Shown: positions 1 to 10,565, counted from the stretch's first letter. The stretch: 64,000 nucleotides of DNA from Phascolarctobacterium sp. (GCA_017467905.1 JAFUKD010000024.1:25958-89957); one strand, 5' to 3'. The notes: generated by a model from the letters alone, not told the origin. Made by a program: numbers and translations.

Positions 1-396
1 AGGTATATTATTTATCATTTTGTCACCGAACACCGGTATAACTACTGTCTTTCTGCTCTCCACAGAATTGGCTGCCATGCCCTCCATCTGTGAAGAAGAA
101 GTTATATTAACAGGCTCTTGGCTTTTGCCTGCTACCGCAATACTGCCGTGGGCATAATACCAGCCGCCAAAACCGGCCAACGCCAACAACGCAGCCACAC
201 ACATAGCCAACGCGTGTCTGTTCCAACTCCAAGGAATATCCTTTTTGCGTCGCAAATTCTTTAGTTCTGCTTCTGCCAGCATCAAATCCAATTCGCCACG
301 CATACCATTATTATCTAAAAAGCTTTGCTCGGCATTATCCAAACTGGTTTTAACGCTGCGAATACGTTGAAACACAGAACGCTTATTTTGTGCCAC
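1..396 (-). CDS. Membrane-anchored protein, possible anti-sigma factor (C-terminal part runs off the window)
   Basis: Own minus-strand translation. GTG at 396 is preceded by an AAAGGGG RBS, and the frame stays open to position 1. Sequence VAQNKRSVFQRIRSV...WNRHALAMCVAALLALAGFGGWYYAHG contains one TM segment. Lies directly downstream of the sigma factor gene. Absent from the supplied track because the ORF is incomplete. Confidence 0.4.
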   Translation of the reverse strand, partial: MAQNKRSVFQRIRSVKTSLDNAEQSFLDNNGMRGELDLMLAEAELKNLRRKKDIPWSWNRHALAMCVAALLALAGFGGWYYAHGSIAVAGKSQEPVNITSSSQMEGMAANSVESRKTVVIPVFGDKMINNIP

Positions 397-569
397 GCCA
401 ATAACCCCTTTCTACAAAGATACATACAATCACAATCCTTTTAAGAATCATGGTTTCACACCTTGTTTTAGGCGATTAAATTCGTTTTTGAGCAAAATAG
501 TACATCATACTAAGTATATCTACTCAATGATACTATCTTAATATAGTTTTTGTAAAGCAAAATTTATTT

Positions 570-1201
570 TCAACTTTTATTGAAGTCATGAATGAAACGA
601 GACAGCATCCCCCTAATACGTCTAACGCCTTTTTTCTGCAGGTGGTACACATGCCCCAAGCTCACATCAATAGCTCTTGCTATGGATTGGGCAGTTCTAT
701 CTTCAAGGTACATCCCCGTAATAACCTGCTGTTCTTTTTCCGGCAAGCGCCCCAACGCCTGTGTAACCTTTTCCTGAAGAAGCTGGCGCTCTGCCAGTTC
801 TGTAGGCGAAGCCTGCACCGAAGCCAAAGTTTCCCCTAAGGTTAAACCACTGCCAAGGTCACCTTCAAATAAAGGGTACTGCTGTTAGATTTTTTCAGGT
901 AATCAACCATACTGCCTTTAATACGAAAAGAGGCGAACACGCTAAAGGCTACACCACGAGTGTAATCATAATTCTCTGCTGCTTCCAAAAGTCCTACCAT
1001 TCCCTCTTGGATAAGTTCCATGGTATCAGCTTCGGGAAGCTGGAAGCTTATTGCTAATTTGAAAACCAACGGTTGGTAAGCAGTCATCAATTGCTTATGC
1101 GCCTGTAAATCTCCCTGTGCGACACGTTCCCACAACGCAAGCTCTTCCGCCGGTTCCAAAAGCTTAGTCTTACGCAATTCTTCCAAATAACCTTGCAGCA
1201 T
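570..1201 (-). pseudogene. Sigma-70 family RNA polymerase sigma factor (group 3/FliA-like), interrupted by a frameshift
   Basis: ORF 842..1201 carries region 2 (DTMELIQEGMVGLLEAAENYDYTRGVAFSVFASFRIKGSMVDYLKK). ORF 570..827 carries region 4 (LPEKEQQVITGMYLEDRTAQSIARAIDVSLGHVYHLQKKGVRRIR) in another frame. The second frame is open from about 880, so the shift lies between about 845 and 880. Confidence 0.7.
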
Positions 1202-1226
1202 CGTTCAACCTCCTTTCCTAAAAATT

Positions 1227-4200
1227 TTAATTAAATGTTACCTTATATTCCAAACCGAACCAATCCTCTGCTTCATCGGATAAATCATAGCTTCTGGAAT
1301 AGGTAAGGTTCAAACGCCTGTTAATATCGTACTGCCCAAAAATGCTTCTGTCAATACCATCAAAGCTAGTGGTATAGCCAGCCATGAAACGGCTTCCCAA
1401 ATACTTGCTCACAAGCAGATTATACTGGTTGCGTTCGTCTTGGGTAAGCTCTTGATTGCGATCCCTCATGTTTTCAAAACCAATACCGGAACGTACCTTA
1501 CCAGTGTAAATACGGAACTGGTCAAGCCCCAAGGTTTGTTTAAGCAGCATTTCCACGTCACCTAAAACAGTCATCTGCAAGCCTGCCGTCATAAGGTTTG
1601 CCATATCCTCGCTGCTTACATCGTCACTGCCCGCGCTATCACGCTGCAGGGTAAGCATACGTACAATGGTATTCTTTTCCAAAGGAGGATTACTACTAAG
1701 CTGCAAATCCATTTCCTCCAACGGACCAGTGATACGCATATAAATATCGTAACGACTAAAACGAGCTTCCGATTCCAAATTAACATTAGGCAAGAAAGAA
1801 CCAGGTGTTAGCCAATTGATAGAAGTGTTTTTAAGCTTGAACGGAGTACGCAAATAAGTAATACTGCCCCTATCTGCATTTATCTTGCCTTCAATCATCG
1901 GGAACACTGTACTACCTTTAATATACATGCTTCCGCTTAGCCAAATATCATACAAATATTTATTGAAGAAATGTATCTTATCGCCTAACTCAATTTGTAA
2001 ATCCATGCCATAGTTGCTGCTGCCCTCGCCCATTTCAGGAATAGTTGGCATGTTAACCAATACATCCTCAAGCTTCACCATACCTTTAATCATAGGACGA
2101 TAAGCCAAGGGTGCAGGCAGGTTCCCCTGCTTACGAGCCATATCCCTGTATTCCTGAGGAACGATTTGTACATTACTATTAATTCTACCTGTGAAGATTT
2201 CTGAAGCTATCTCAGCATCATCTGCTATGATGTTCAAGCTATAAGGCTCGTCTGCATCGGCACGCAAGGCGTAACTACCATTAGCATTTACCCTGCCCTT
2301 ACCAAGCACTGCAGATAAATCATGGAGCACTACCTTCCTGCCTTGGAACTCTACATCAGCATGAATTTTATCAATAACGCTACTAAAATCTGCAAGCTTA
2401 ACGCTGCCTTCAGGAATATTGATGGAACCAAAAACCAACGGATCTTCCAAGGTTCCTGCCAGAGTAAGCTTACCATGGGTATCCCCTGTACCCCATTCAA
2501 TCATTTTGCTAAACGCAGGCAGCATCGCCAAACGCGCATTAGCCAAATCAATTTCAATATTCATCTGCGCACGGGGGTTACGACGTTTTGCCTTTTCACG
2601 CAGCAAATCTAAGGGAATATCACCAAAGGCCTTAATGCCGTAAATATCCTTGGTAGCGTAGAACTCTTCCAAATTTATCTTGTCATCATCCATCACTAAA
2701 GCAGCAACCAGTTTATCCAAGGTTACTCCGGAAACGCTGCCATTAGTAATGATGAGATTTGCCTTGCCCGTCGGGTCAGAGAAGGTGCCATCCAAATATA
2801 ACTGCAGGTCCATCTCACCTGTAATCTCCGGCGGAGCAGTCATAAAGGCCGCTGCAATTGCAGGGTTAGCCTTGCTGGCAGTCAGGGAAAGGTCGTAGCG
2901 TTTTTCTCGCAAATCAACCAAGCCACCAGCAGTAATGATACCTTTATCCGTGATTTTCTCCTGCTCCTGCAATTTAACATCGTCAATATACAGCACCCCC
3001 TGCAAAAGCTGTCCGTTAAAATGCATATTATGGTAGCTAAGGTTATTAAGCTTCACGTCATCAGCATCAAGAACAATATTAACACCGCTACCCTTACCAT
3101 TAGGAGAAAATACCAGCTCACCCTGGGCAGTACCGTCAATATTATAATCCTGCTTTGCCATGCGCAAAATGCCGCCCAAATTACCCCACAGGGTCAACAC
3201 CTTACCATGCATATATTTTTCTACAATATTCAAATTCAGGTCAGCAGTAAATAAGCCGTAGTTACTTTCGTCATCAACGTAGGGTTGTTTAAAGCGGATA
3301 TCCAGCTTATTGGTTTCCTGCCCATTACTTTCAAGGTTGCCGCTCAATTCAGTTAGCTTTTCACCATTGACAAAAATTTCGTCTCCGTAAACCTCTCCTT
3401 GAAAATAGGGCTGTTGCAAATTGCCACCCAAATGTCCGTCCAAATTGATAAACCCACGCAAATCTAAATCGCTTGCCATTATGGGCAAACGCTCTAAGCT
3501 GACATTGTTAGCTTCCATAGTAAAGTCAAGCGCCTGTTCCTTAGACAAGGTGCCATTTAAAAACACCTCTGCTGAAAGTGCTTTAAGAGCAAAATCACGC
3601 AGGTCAAATTGTCCATTGCGGTAATCGTATTTCCCCTGCACTCTATCAAGCAACACCCCTTGCACACTACCATCAGTCAAGCACACCTGACCAATCACAG
3701 AAGGATTAGCCACGCTGCCCTGCACTCGCACTAAATTGTCAACATTGCCGGTCAGCTTAACTTCAGGAGCAACTAATTCCACCAGAGGTTCAACGCGCAC
3801 ATCAACAGTTTTCAAAGAAATATCTACAATAGGCTCTGCCCCTTGTAAATTGATAGTACCGTTCAAAATATGCTGTCCCTGCTTCATATTGGCAATGAAG
3901 TTAGTAACGGTAAGTACATTTTCCTTCATTGCTACATGACCATGAGCTTCCACAACGTTCTGCTTCATGAAATCAATTTTGCGTACTTGAACAATGCCGC
4001 CAAATTCAGGAGCTGTAAGAGTACCGGTAACATCAAAGCCAGTGGAGCATAATCCACTGCCAACTTGTCCGGCAACACTCAAAAACGGGTCAATGGGAAA
4101 CTCAGCCATACGTCCACTCAAGCTCAGGCTATTGTCAGAAGCAATAGTTCCGTTTACCACTAAACTGCCTGCTTCACCAGCCAGAGCGCTTAAATGGTCA

Positions 4201-5438
4201 ATGTTAAGATTTCCATTTTCAAAACTACCATCAAATCCTAACTTATGTACCTTTAAAGTACGCCAGCTTAAATCAAAAGCATCTGCAGCCGCCTGCACAT
4301 TTACTTTCTCTTCCTGCACATCTGCTACCAGCGCAACCTCGCCATTCAAAGTTATGGTATCTTCCGGACTATCGGGTACACAAATTGCTATTTTATTAAA
4401 ATTAGCTTCTGCCAAGAAGGCTTCTGCTGTTTCGTCATAACCGCCATTAAAAGCAACGCTACCATCGCCGTAGCTAAGCTTACCCTTAGCCTTAATCGCC
4501 TTTAAATCATTTAAATCTGCTAAATCAGCTTCACCGGCAACGCTAAGTTTATGCTCATCTACAACTACATCCAAGGGCTTTAAGGTAATCACATTATCAA
4601 TGACACTAACTGCGCCGTCCAAACTAAAGCTATGCCAAGCCTCTCCTAAAAAGGCTACGCCACTAACTGCCTGCAATTTTCCTTCGCCGTCAATCTGCAC
4701 ACGCTCACCATCATTTTTCCAATGCAAGTGCAAATCTTTAACAAAGCCTGTATTATCCTTAATGTTTTCCAAAAACTGTGCTGCCGCTGCATAATTAGCA
4801 AGATTCAAGGTCTTTGTCTTCAAGCTTAGATTGCCAATACCTTCCATGGTCAGCAGCCCTTGTAAATTTAAAGCTTCCTCTCCCACGTTGATATCAGCGT
4901 TCACTGCAAAATTAGGATTAGCGCCACCATTAATCTCGCCATTAACTCCTACATCCCATTTAGCACCGGGCATAGTAACGCGCAGCAAACCTTCCTTAAC
5001 TTCTAACAAGCCATAAAAAGGTGTTTCCGTGGAATCAGAAGGCTTCAAAAAATCTTGTAGATTCCAGCGTTCTTCCTTGTTCATAGCCAAGAACACTTCC
5101 GGTTTAACAAGCGCAACTTTAGTCAATGCCTTTTCGGCGCCGCCCAGAGCAAGCCAAGGACGAAAATGTACAATAGTTTTAGGAAGTATTGCAACATCTT
5201 TTTTATTGTTATCCTTAACCACAACATCAGTTACTTCTGCAGAAAGGCCTCCGCCCCAATGCATACCACCTATTTTCACCGTGCCGTTAATGTAATCCTG
5301 CGCCAAGGTTTCGGCAACAGGAAGCAACTGCTTAATATACTGGGGGACAACTTGCGTAACCAAGCCATAATAAACTGCAGATAACGCTACCAATATTGTG
5401 ATTAATAAATTTCTTCCTTTAAGCATAAGCTGCTCCAT
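1227..5438 (-). CDS. tamB: TamB-like translocation and assembly module protein (AsmA/DUF490 superfamily)
   Basis: 1403 aa with an N-terminal TM anchor (LLITILVALSAVYYGLV), a long beta-rich repetitive body and a DUF490-like C-terminus ending EYKVTFN. This is the typical size for diderm Firmicutes. Confidence 0.75.
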   Translation of the reverse strand: MEQLMLKGRNLLITILVALSAVYYGLVTQVVPQYIKQLLPVAETLAQDYINGTVKIGGMHWGGGLSAEVTDVVVKDNNKKDVAILPKTIVHFRPWLALGGAEKALTKVALVKPEVFLAMNKEERWNLQDFLKPSDSTETPFYGLLEVKEGLLRVTMPGAKWDVGVNGEINGGANPNFAVNADINVGEEALNLQGLLTMEGIGNLSLKTKTLNLANYAAAAQFLENIKDNTGFVKDLHLHWKNDGERVQIDGEGKLQAVSGVAFLGEAWHSFSLDGAVSVIDNVITLKPLDVVVDEHKLSVAGEADLADLNDLKAIKAKGKLSYGDGSVAFNGGYDETAEAFLAEANFNKIAICVPDSPEDTITLNGEVALVADVQEEKVNVQAAADAFDLSWRTLKVHKLGFDGSFENGNLNIDHLSALAGEAGSLVVNGTIASDNSLSLSGRMAEFPIDPFLSVAGQVGSGLCSTGFDVTGTLTAPEFGGIVQVRKIDFMKQNVVEAHGHVAMKENVLTVTNFIANMKQGQHILNGTINLQGAEPIVDISLKTVDVRVEPLVELVAPEVKLTGNVDNLVRVQGSVANPSVIGQVCLTDGSVQGVLLDRVQGKYDYRNGQFDLRDFALKALSAEVFLNGTLSKEQALDFTMEANNVSLERLPIMASDLDLRGFINLDGHLGGNLQQPYFQGEVYGDEIFVNGEKLTELSGNLESNGQETNKLDIRFKQPYVDDESNYGLFTADLNLNIVEKYMHGKVLTLWGNLGGILRMAKQDYNIDGTAQGELVFSPNGKGSGVNIVLDADDVKLNNLSYHNMHFNGQLLQGVLYIDDVKLQEQEKITDKGIITAGGLVDLREKRYDLSLTASKANPAIAAAFMTAPPEITGEMDLQLYLDGTFSDPTGKANLIITNGSVSGVTLDKLVAALVMDDDKINLEEFYATKDIYGIKAFGDIPLDLLREKAKRRNPRAQMNIEIDLANARLAMLPAFSKMIEWGTGDTHGKLTLAGTLEDPLVFGSINIPEGSVKLADFSSVIDKIHADVEFQGRKVVLHDLSAVLGKGRVNANGSYALRADADEPYSLNIIADDAEIASEIFTGRINSNVQIVPQEYRDMARKQGNLPAPLAYRPMIKGMVKLEDVLVNMPTIPEMGEGSSNYGMDLQIELGDKIHFFNKYLYDIWLSGSMYIKGSTVFPMIEGKINADRGSITYLRTPFKLKNTSINWLTPGSFLPNVNLESEARFSRYDIYMRITGPLEEMDLQLSSNPPLEKNTIVRMLTLQRDSAGSDDVSSEDMANLMTAGLQMTVLGDVEMLLKQTLGLDQFRIYTGKVRSGIGFENMRDRNQELTQDERNQYNLLVSKYLGSRFMAGYTTSFDGIDRSIFGQYDINRRLNLTYSRSYDLSDEAEDWFGLEYKVTFN

Positions 5439-5532
5439 TCAAAAAAATATGTTTCATAAAAAGATTTCGACTTTTATTCTTTCGACACTATATGGATACA
5501 TCCTTTTTTAATCTATGAACTATAAGTGAAAT

Positions 5533-6273
5533 CTACGGCACGTATCCAAAAATAAGATAGCATATCCCCATAAGGAGGGGTTGATGTAAAATATAAATTT
5601 CTAAAGAATGGGTACCGGGATAGACAAAGATTTTATAGTTACCACAAGTGAGCTTGTCCAGTAAGGAATGTTCTCCGAGCCAAGCAAAAAGGTACATCCC
5701 AAACCAAAAAAGGAAAATATGGGGTAACAGGGGAACGTAGTCTGACGAATGAAAGTTATTGCTATGAAACCCCAAGATAGCAAAAGCATCCTGGTAAAGC
5801 CACTGCGGAAAAGCAAAAAGCTCTTTACCAAAAAGATTTGCTCCACCCGAAGCAATGTCCTTAGTTAAAAAGTAACCTGCTACGCTCGCCGCCATACCGA
5901 TTACCACAGGAACCTGTTGCAATTCTTTTTTCAGAAGCAGCGTCAACCACATAGCGCTACCGAAAAAGGTTAATATTCCGTAGTAGATGGCTTCACTAGG
6001 CGCCACCAAAACTGTCACAACAGTTATGAGCAAGCCTAAAATTTGCAACTGCAAGCCACGTTTAAAAGTGTTACGCCCCAAAGCGAAGACCATTCCGGAA
6101 ACCAGCACGAACAAACCACAGCCGTTTCTTTGCCACAGCTGCACCCAAGTCTGGTAGGGCCAATCAGGGTTCAAACCATACACTACATACACATCATATA
6201 AAAAGTGAAAAATAATAACGTGGTAGATGGCGAAGCCTCTCAATGCATCTAGTAAATGATACCTTTGCCCCAT
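5533..6273 (-). CDS. DUF1624/heparan-alpha-glucosaminide N-acetyltransferase-like polytopic membrane protein
   Basis: 246 aa. The N-terminus RYHLLDALRGFAIYHVIIFHFLYD is typical of the acyltransferase-3/DUF1624 type, and there are multiple TM helices. Confidence 0.5.
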   Translation of the reverse strand: MGQRYHLLDALRGFAIYHVIIFHFLYDVYVVYGLNPDWPYQTWVQLWQRNGCGLFVLVSGMVFALGRNTFKRGLQLQILGLLITVVTVLVAPSEAIYYGILTFFGSAMWLTLLLKKELQQVPVVIGMAASVAGYFLTKDIASGGANLFGKELFAFPQWLYQDAFAILGFHSNNFHSSDYVPLLPHIFLFWFGMYLFAWLGEHSLLDKLTCGNYKIFVYPGTHSLEIYILHQPLLMGICYLIFGYVP

Positions 6274-6302
6274 ACTCCACCTCTTTCCACGTTACATTAA
6301 AG

Positions 6303-7670
6303 TTAATCCATCAAAAACTTTCCTTGTTTAATTCTGCGTTGTACCCATAGCAAACGCAGGCTCAAAGCTACTGCGCAGGAAGTTACGCCCAAAATTAAAC
6401 TAATCCAATAAGAATCGGGACCGTACCCACAAATATAATCAAGGTATAATCCCAAAGGCAGTGCCACGCCCCAATAAGCAAAGATGCCTGCCCAAAAGGT
6501 TGCGTTCACGTCCTTATAGCCACGCAAAATTCCTTGGATGGGTGCCGCCACCGCATCAGAAAACTCCCACAAAATAGCATACATAATAAAATGTACAGTA
6601 ATATCCACAACCTGAGGGTTACTGCTGTAAATCAAAGCAACCTGTTCTCGCAAAAGATATTCCAAGCTTACATAACAGCAGGTACACAACAAGCTCATCT
6701 GCAAACCAATGATGATATAGTCCTTCGCCATGGCAAAACGCTTCGCTCCGGCTTCCACACCAATAACAATTGTCAAAGCCATGGAAAAGCTTAGGGGTAT
6801 CATATATACCACAGAAGAAAAGTTCAGCGCTGCCTGATGAGCTGCAATAACTTCCGTACCAAACTTAGCTACAAAAAGAGCAACCACTCCAAAGATACTT
6901 GTTTCCATAAAAATAGATACACCCATGGGTACGCCTATCTTCAAATATTCCTTGAACACTTCTTTGGCAGTCCTAACCTTGGCAAAAATATGATACTGTT
7001 CAAAGTCAGGCAATCTGGTAATCACCAGCACGAACATCAAAAGCAAAATCCAGAAGGTTATCCCTGTGGCAACTCCTGCCCCAATGCCACCCAAGCGTGG
7101 CAAACCAAGCTTACCAAAAATCAGTACATAATTTAGCAAAGCATTGATTGGCAAGGCGAGCATATAAATTTTCATGCTCAACAGGGTATACCCCAAGGTA
7201 TCCACTAAACATCTTAGAGGCGTTATCAAGAAGAAGGGTAAAATCCCCAAGGCAACACCCCATAGATATCTAATGGCCACATATTCAACTTCCGGCTCTA
7301 ACCCCATACGTTCCAGCACAAGAGGTACAGTAAGCATGCCGCCCAAAATTACCAGCAGGGAGAAGATAGCTCCCAAAAATAAACCATGGCGCACTACCAC
7401 CTTAATCCTATCCTTTTCGCCCGCACCTAAAAGATGAGCCACCAAAGGCATTCCGGCAAAAAGCACGCCATTGAAGCCAGTCTGGATTGGCATCCACAGG
7501 TTACCGCCAATGGCAGCTCCTGCCAAATCCACATCCCCTGCCTGCCCCGACATACTGGCATCAAAAAAGTACATACCAATAATCGCCACTTGAGTACCAA
7601 TAATCGGCAACATCACGCTTAACAATCTTTTAATCTTATCACGTTGTTGGCTTTGAAAAAGTTTCAACAT
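6303..7670 (-). CDS. MATE family multidrug/toxin efflux transporter
   Basis: 455 aa with about 12 TM segments and internally duplicated MatE-like halves (IGTQVAIIGMYFFDASMSGQAG; GVPMGVSIFMETSIFGVVALFVAKFG). Confidence 0.8.
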   Translation of the reverse strand: MLKLFQSQQRDKIKRLLSVMLPIIGTQVAIIGMYFFDASMSGQAGDVDLAGAAIGGNLWMPIQTGFNGVLFAGMPLVAHLLGAGEKDRIKVVVRHGLFLGAIFSLLVILGGMLTVPLVLERMGLEPEVEYVAIRYLWGVALGILPFFLITPLRCLVDTLGYTLLSMKIYMLALPINALLNYVLIFGKLGLPRLGGIGAGVATGITFWILLLMFVLVITRLPDFEQYHIFAKVRTAKEVFKEYLKIGVPMGVSIFMETSIFGVVALFVAKFGTEVIAAHQAALNFSSVVYMIPLSFSMALTIVIGVEAGAKRFAMAKDYIIIGLQMSLLCTCCYVSLEYLLREQVALIYSSNPQVVDITVHFIMYAILWEFSDAVAAPIQGILRGYKDVNATFWAGIFAYWGVALPLGLYLDYICGYGPDSYWISLILGVTSCAVALSLRLLWVQRRIKQGKFLMD

Positions 7671-7685
7671 ACTTTCCTTCCAAAA

Positions 7686-9569
7686 CTATTCTTCCTGCTC
7701 AGCCAGCTCGGACAAATAGGCCCACCTATCTACTAACTCGTCCAAACGCTGCTGAGCTTCCTCTTGCTTCTTAGTCAAATCATTTAATTTTACAAAATCA
7801 CTACCACAACTGTTAATCTCCAGTCCCAGCATTTTAATTTCAGCTTCCGTGCGGGCAATTTCTTGGTCAATATTCTGTAGCTCTAAACGCTCGCTGTAGG
7901 TCATCTTCTTTTTGTTGACAACCTTATGCTCTTCCTTCACCACAGGCTTATTGCTTTTTACGATTGCCGCCTGCTCCTCCAGCATCACAGCTTCGTAATC
8001 GCTGTAGCCACCATTATATTGACGCAAGGTTCCACCTGCCTGCAAGGCAAAAATTTTATTGGCAAATCTGTCCAAGAAATAACGGTCATGGGACACTGCA
8101 ACAACTGCTCCGGCAAAATTATCAATATAATCTTCCAAAACAGAAAGCGTAGGGATGTCCAAATCATTGGTAGGTTCGTCTAAAATAAGAACGTTGGGCG
8201 CAGACATCAACACTCGTAACAAATACAAGCGACGCTTCTCGCCACCACTTAATTTATTGACGGGAACCCATTGCAAATCCGGTGGGAAGAGGAAACGTTC
8301 CAACATCTGCGCCGCACTGATACGCATCCCATCCGCAGTATCAATATAATTATTAACTTCCTTAATATATTCCAATACCTTTTGGCTGGTATCAGGGAAC
8401 TCACTATGTTGGGAGAAGTACCCAATCTTAACAGTTTGCCCCACGGTCATAGTACCACTGGTAGGCTGCAGCTTACCCGCGATTATATCCATTAAAGTAG
8501 ATTTGCCGGCGCCATTAGGACCAACAATACCTACCCTATCGTTACGCAGTAGTATGTAACTAAAATCCTTAATATAGTCCACGCCGTCGTAGACCATACC
8601 AATATTGTTCAGCTCAATAGTAGTTTTACCTAAGCGGCTGCTAACGGAAGACATCTCCAAATTTGCTTCCACCTGTACGTTTTCAACGGCTTCTTTAATT
8701 TGCGCGAAACGTTCCACCCTGTCCTTCTTCTTGGTGCGACGAGCTTCTGCCCCGCGACTAATCCATGCCAGCTCGCGACGATAGATATTACGTAACTTCT
8801 GGGCAGCAGAAGCTTCTGCAATGCGACGTTCCTCCCGCTTCTCCAAGAACAGGCTGTAGTTACCTACATATAAAAATCCTTGTCCATTATCAATTTCCAA
8901 GGTACGGTTCACAACCCTATCAAAGAAATAGCGGTCATGGGTAACCATCAACAGCGCACCCTTACGTTTTAAAAGCTGTTGCTCTAGCCAAGCAACAGTA
9001 CTGTTATCCATATGGTTGGTAGGTTCGTCCAAGATGAGCAAGTCAGACGGGCGCACCAAGACTCCGGCAAGAGCAACCCTTTTGCGCTGACCACCACTTA
9101 ATTCTTCCATCTTCTGCTGTAAATTGGTAATTCCCAACTGGTTCAAGACAGCTTTCGCTTCGCTCTCCAGTTGCCAAGCATATTTGTTATCCATCTCCTG
9201 CTGTAAATCCAAAAGATTTTTTTGCAGCCTTGTATCATCAGGATGAGCGATTGCTTCTTCCACCGCCGTTTCGTAGCGGCGCAGTAAAACCATCAAGGGA
9301 GAATCGCCTTTAAAGATTTGCTCAAGTACAGTTGCCTGGGGTTCGAAGGGAGGGTCTTGAGGAAGATACTCCATAACTACGTTACCGGGAATAGTAAGCT
9401 TGCCACCACCATTTTCGCGATTGGCAATCATTTTCAGCAAAGTACTCTTGCCCGTACCATTAACACCGATAACGCCAACCTTGTCTCCTTCTTCAACGTT
9501 AAAGCTTATATTTTTAAACAGAACTCTATCCCCATAGCTAAAGGATAAGTTTTCAGCACTTAGAATCAT
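7686..9569 (-). CDS. ABC-F family ATPase (Uup/EttA-like, two ABC domains plus a C-terminal coiled coil)
   Basis: Two Walker A motifs (GVNGTGKST, GPNGAGKST), two signature motifs (LSGGQRKR, LSGGEKRR), no TM domain and a charged helical tail. Confidence 0.85.
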   Translation of the reverse strand: MILSAENLSFSYGDRVLFKNISFNVEEGDKVGVIGVNGTGKSTLLKMIANRENGGGKLTIPGNVVMEYLPQDPPFEPQATVLEQIFKGDSPLMVLLRRYETAVEEAIAHPDDTRLQKNLLDLQQEMDNKYAWQLESEAKAVLNQLGITNLQQKMEELSGGQRKRVALAGVLVRPSDLLILDEPTNHMDNSTVAWLEQQLLKRKGALLMVTHDRYFFDRVVNRTLEIDNGQGFLYVGNYSLFLEKREERRIAEASAAQKLRNIYRRELAWISRGAEARRTKKKDRVERFAQIKEAVENVQVEANLEMSSVSSRLGKTTIELNNIGMVYDGVDYIKDFSYILLRNDRVGIVGPNGAGKSTLMDIIAGKLQPTSGTMTVGQTVKIGYFSQHSEFPDTSQKVLEYIKEVNNYIDTADGMRISAAQMLERFLFPPDLQWVPVNKLSGGEKRRLYLLRVLMSAPNVLILDEPTNDLDIPTLSVLEDYIDNFAGAVVAVSHDRYFLDRFANKIFALQAGGTLRQYNGGYSDYEAVMLEEQAAIVKSNKPVVKEEHKVVNKKKMTYSERLELQNIDQEIARTEAEIKMLGLEINSCGSDFVKLNDLTKKQEEAQQRLDELVDRWAYLSELAEQEE

Positions 9570-9635
9570 AATAAAAAGCCTGCTTTCTTCTCGTAGTATT
9601 TTAATTATACCACAAGAAAAAAGCAGGCTAAAGTT

Positions 9636-9905
9636 TTAGTAAAGCTTCACTTGCAAGGCTTCGTTTTCTTCCGCAGCATCCTCCAAGACTTGTAAGAGCT
9701 GCGCACCATACCAGCCTAAATATTTTTCGTCCTTCACCTGTACGGGCACGATAATCTCTGTAGGAATGGCAAGCTCCGTTAAACAGTCATGCAAAGCGTC
9801 CAGATTCATACCATAATATTCCGGCAGCTCCAAGGCTTGGTGCAAATAGTTGTGCAACGCGGGCAAGCTAGTCATTCTATTTAAATCCAATGTAATCTTA
9901 CGCAT
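9636..9905 (-). CDS. Barstar-family ribonuclease inhibitor
   Basis: 89 aa containing LHNYLHQALELPEYYGMNLDALHDCLTE, as in the barstar family. Sits immediately downstream of the barnase-like gene. Confidence 0.75.
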   Translation of the reverse strand: MRKITLDLNRMTSLPALHNYLHQALELPEYYGMNLDALHDCLTELAIPTEIIVPVQVKDEKYLGWYGAQLLQVLEDAAEENEALQVKLY

Positions 9906-9914
9906 AATATCCTC

Positions 9915-10454
9915 CTAATAAAGCTTGGTAAAAGTTTTGTAATGATCGCCCGTATAATAAATCAAGCCATCATTGGAATATACTATACGTTTGGCATTAC
10001 GGTTGCCTTTGACATAATCAATGTCACACTCACGATACACGCGACCATTCTTCTTGGGCAGGATGCCTTCGTAATTTCCGAACTTGTCGCCTCCAATGGA
10101 TTTACCTGGCGCAACCTTGTCCAAGGTTCCCTTTGTTTGCCAGCCAAGCTTTTTAGCTTCACCTTTAGTAATATAATTGTGGGGAAGTTTGCTAAATTGG
10201 TTGATGTATGCCGCCACACGCACCTTGTCAGTATAGGTGCCACTTTCCTTAATGCTAATCTTCTGGCTGTTGGCCTTGTGATTATCCTGTGCAACAACCT
10301 TCTTTGTAGTTTGGGTAGTCTTCCCCTTAGTCTCAACCTGAGCTGTAACCTTAGCAGGAACAGTAGCTTTGGCGTCCTTCTTCTCTCCACCGCAACCAAC
10401 GATAACACTCATAACGAGCATTAAACTAAGTAAAAATGCTAATATCTTTTTCAT
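9915..10454 (-). CDS. Barnase-like (N1/T1 family) secreted ribonuclease with a lipoprotein-type signal peptide
   Basis: The C-terminal domain GWQTKGTLDKVAPGKSIGGDKFGNYEGILPKKNGRVYRECDIDY...RIVYSNDGLIYYTGDHYKTF matches barnase motifs. Start moved to the internal MKKILAFLLSLMLVMSVIVGCGG (lipobox-like VGC), which follows a GAGGATGG RBS. Confidence 0.75.
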   Translation of the reverse strand: MKKILAFLLSLMLVMSVIVGCGGEKKDAKATVPAKVTAQVETKGKTTQTTKKVVAQDNHKANSQKISIKESGTYTDKVRVAAYINQFSKLPHNYITKGEAKKLGWQTKGTLDKVAPGKSIGGDKFGNYEGILPKKNGRVYRECDIDYVKGNRNAKRIVYSNDGLIYYTGDHYKTFTKLY

Positions 10455-10507
10455 TTCACACCATCCTCTACTATTTACTTCAATAATATTAGAAGTTTCG
10501 TACATTT

Positions 10508-10556
10508 ACCAGTGATACTTCTGAGTGTATCGCCCCTATCGGAGCATTTACTTAAA
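10508..10556 (-). repeat. Degenerate att-like unit L1. Minus strand reads ...GCTCCGATAGGGGCGATACACTC AGAAGTATCAC TGGTAA
   Basis: Similar to unit L2 along its whole length. Contains an inverted repeat GATAC(N8)GTATC and, in the rlmH frame, CAG AAG TAT CAC TGG TAA. Confidence 0.5.
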
Positions 10557-10565
10557 TGGTTCTCT

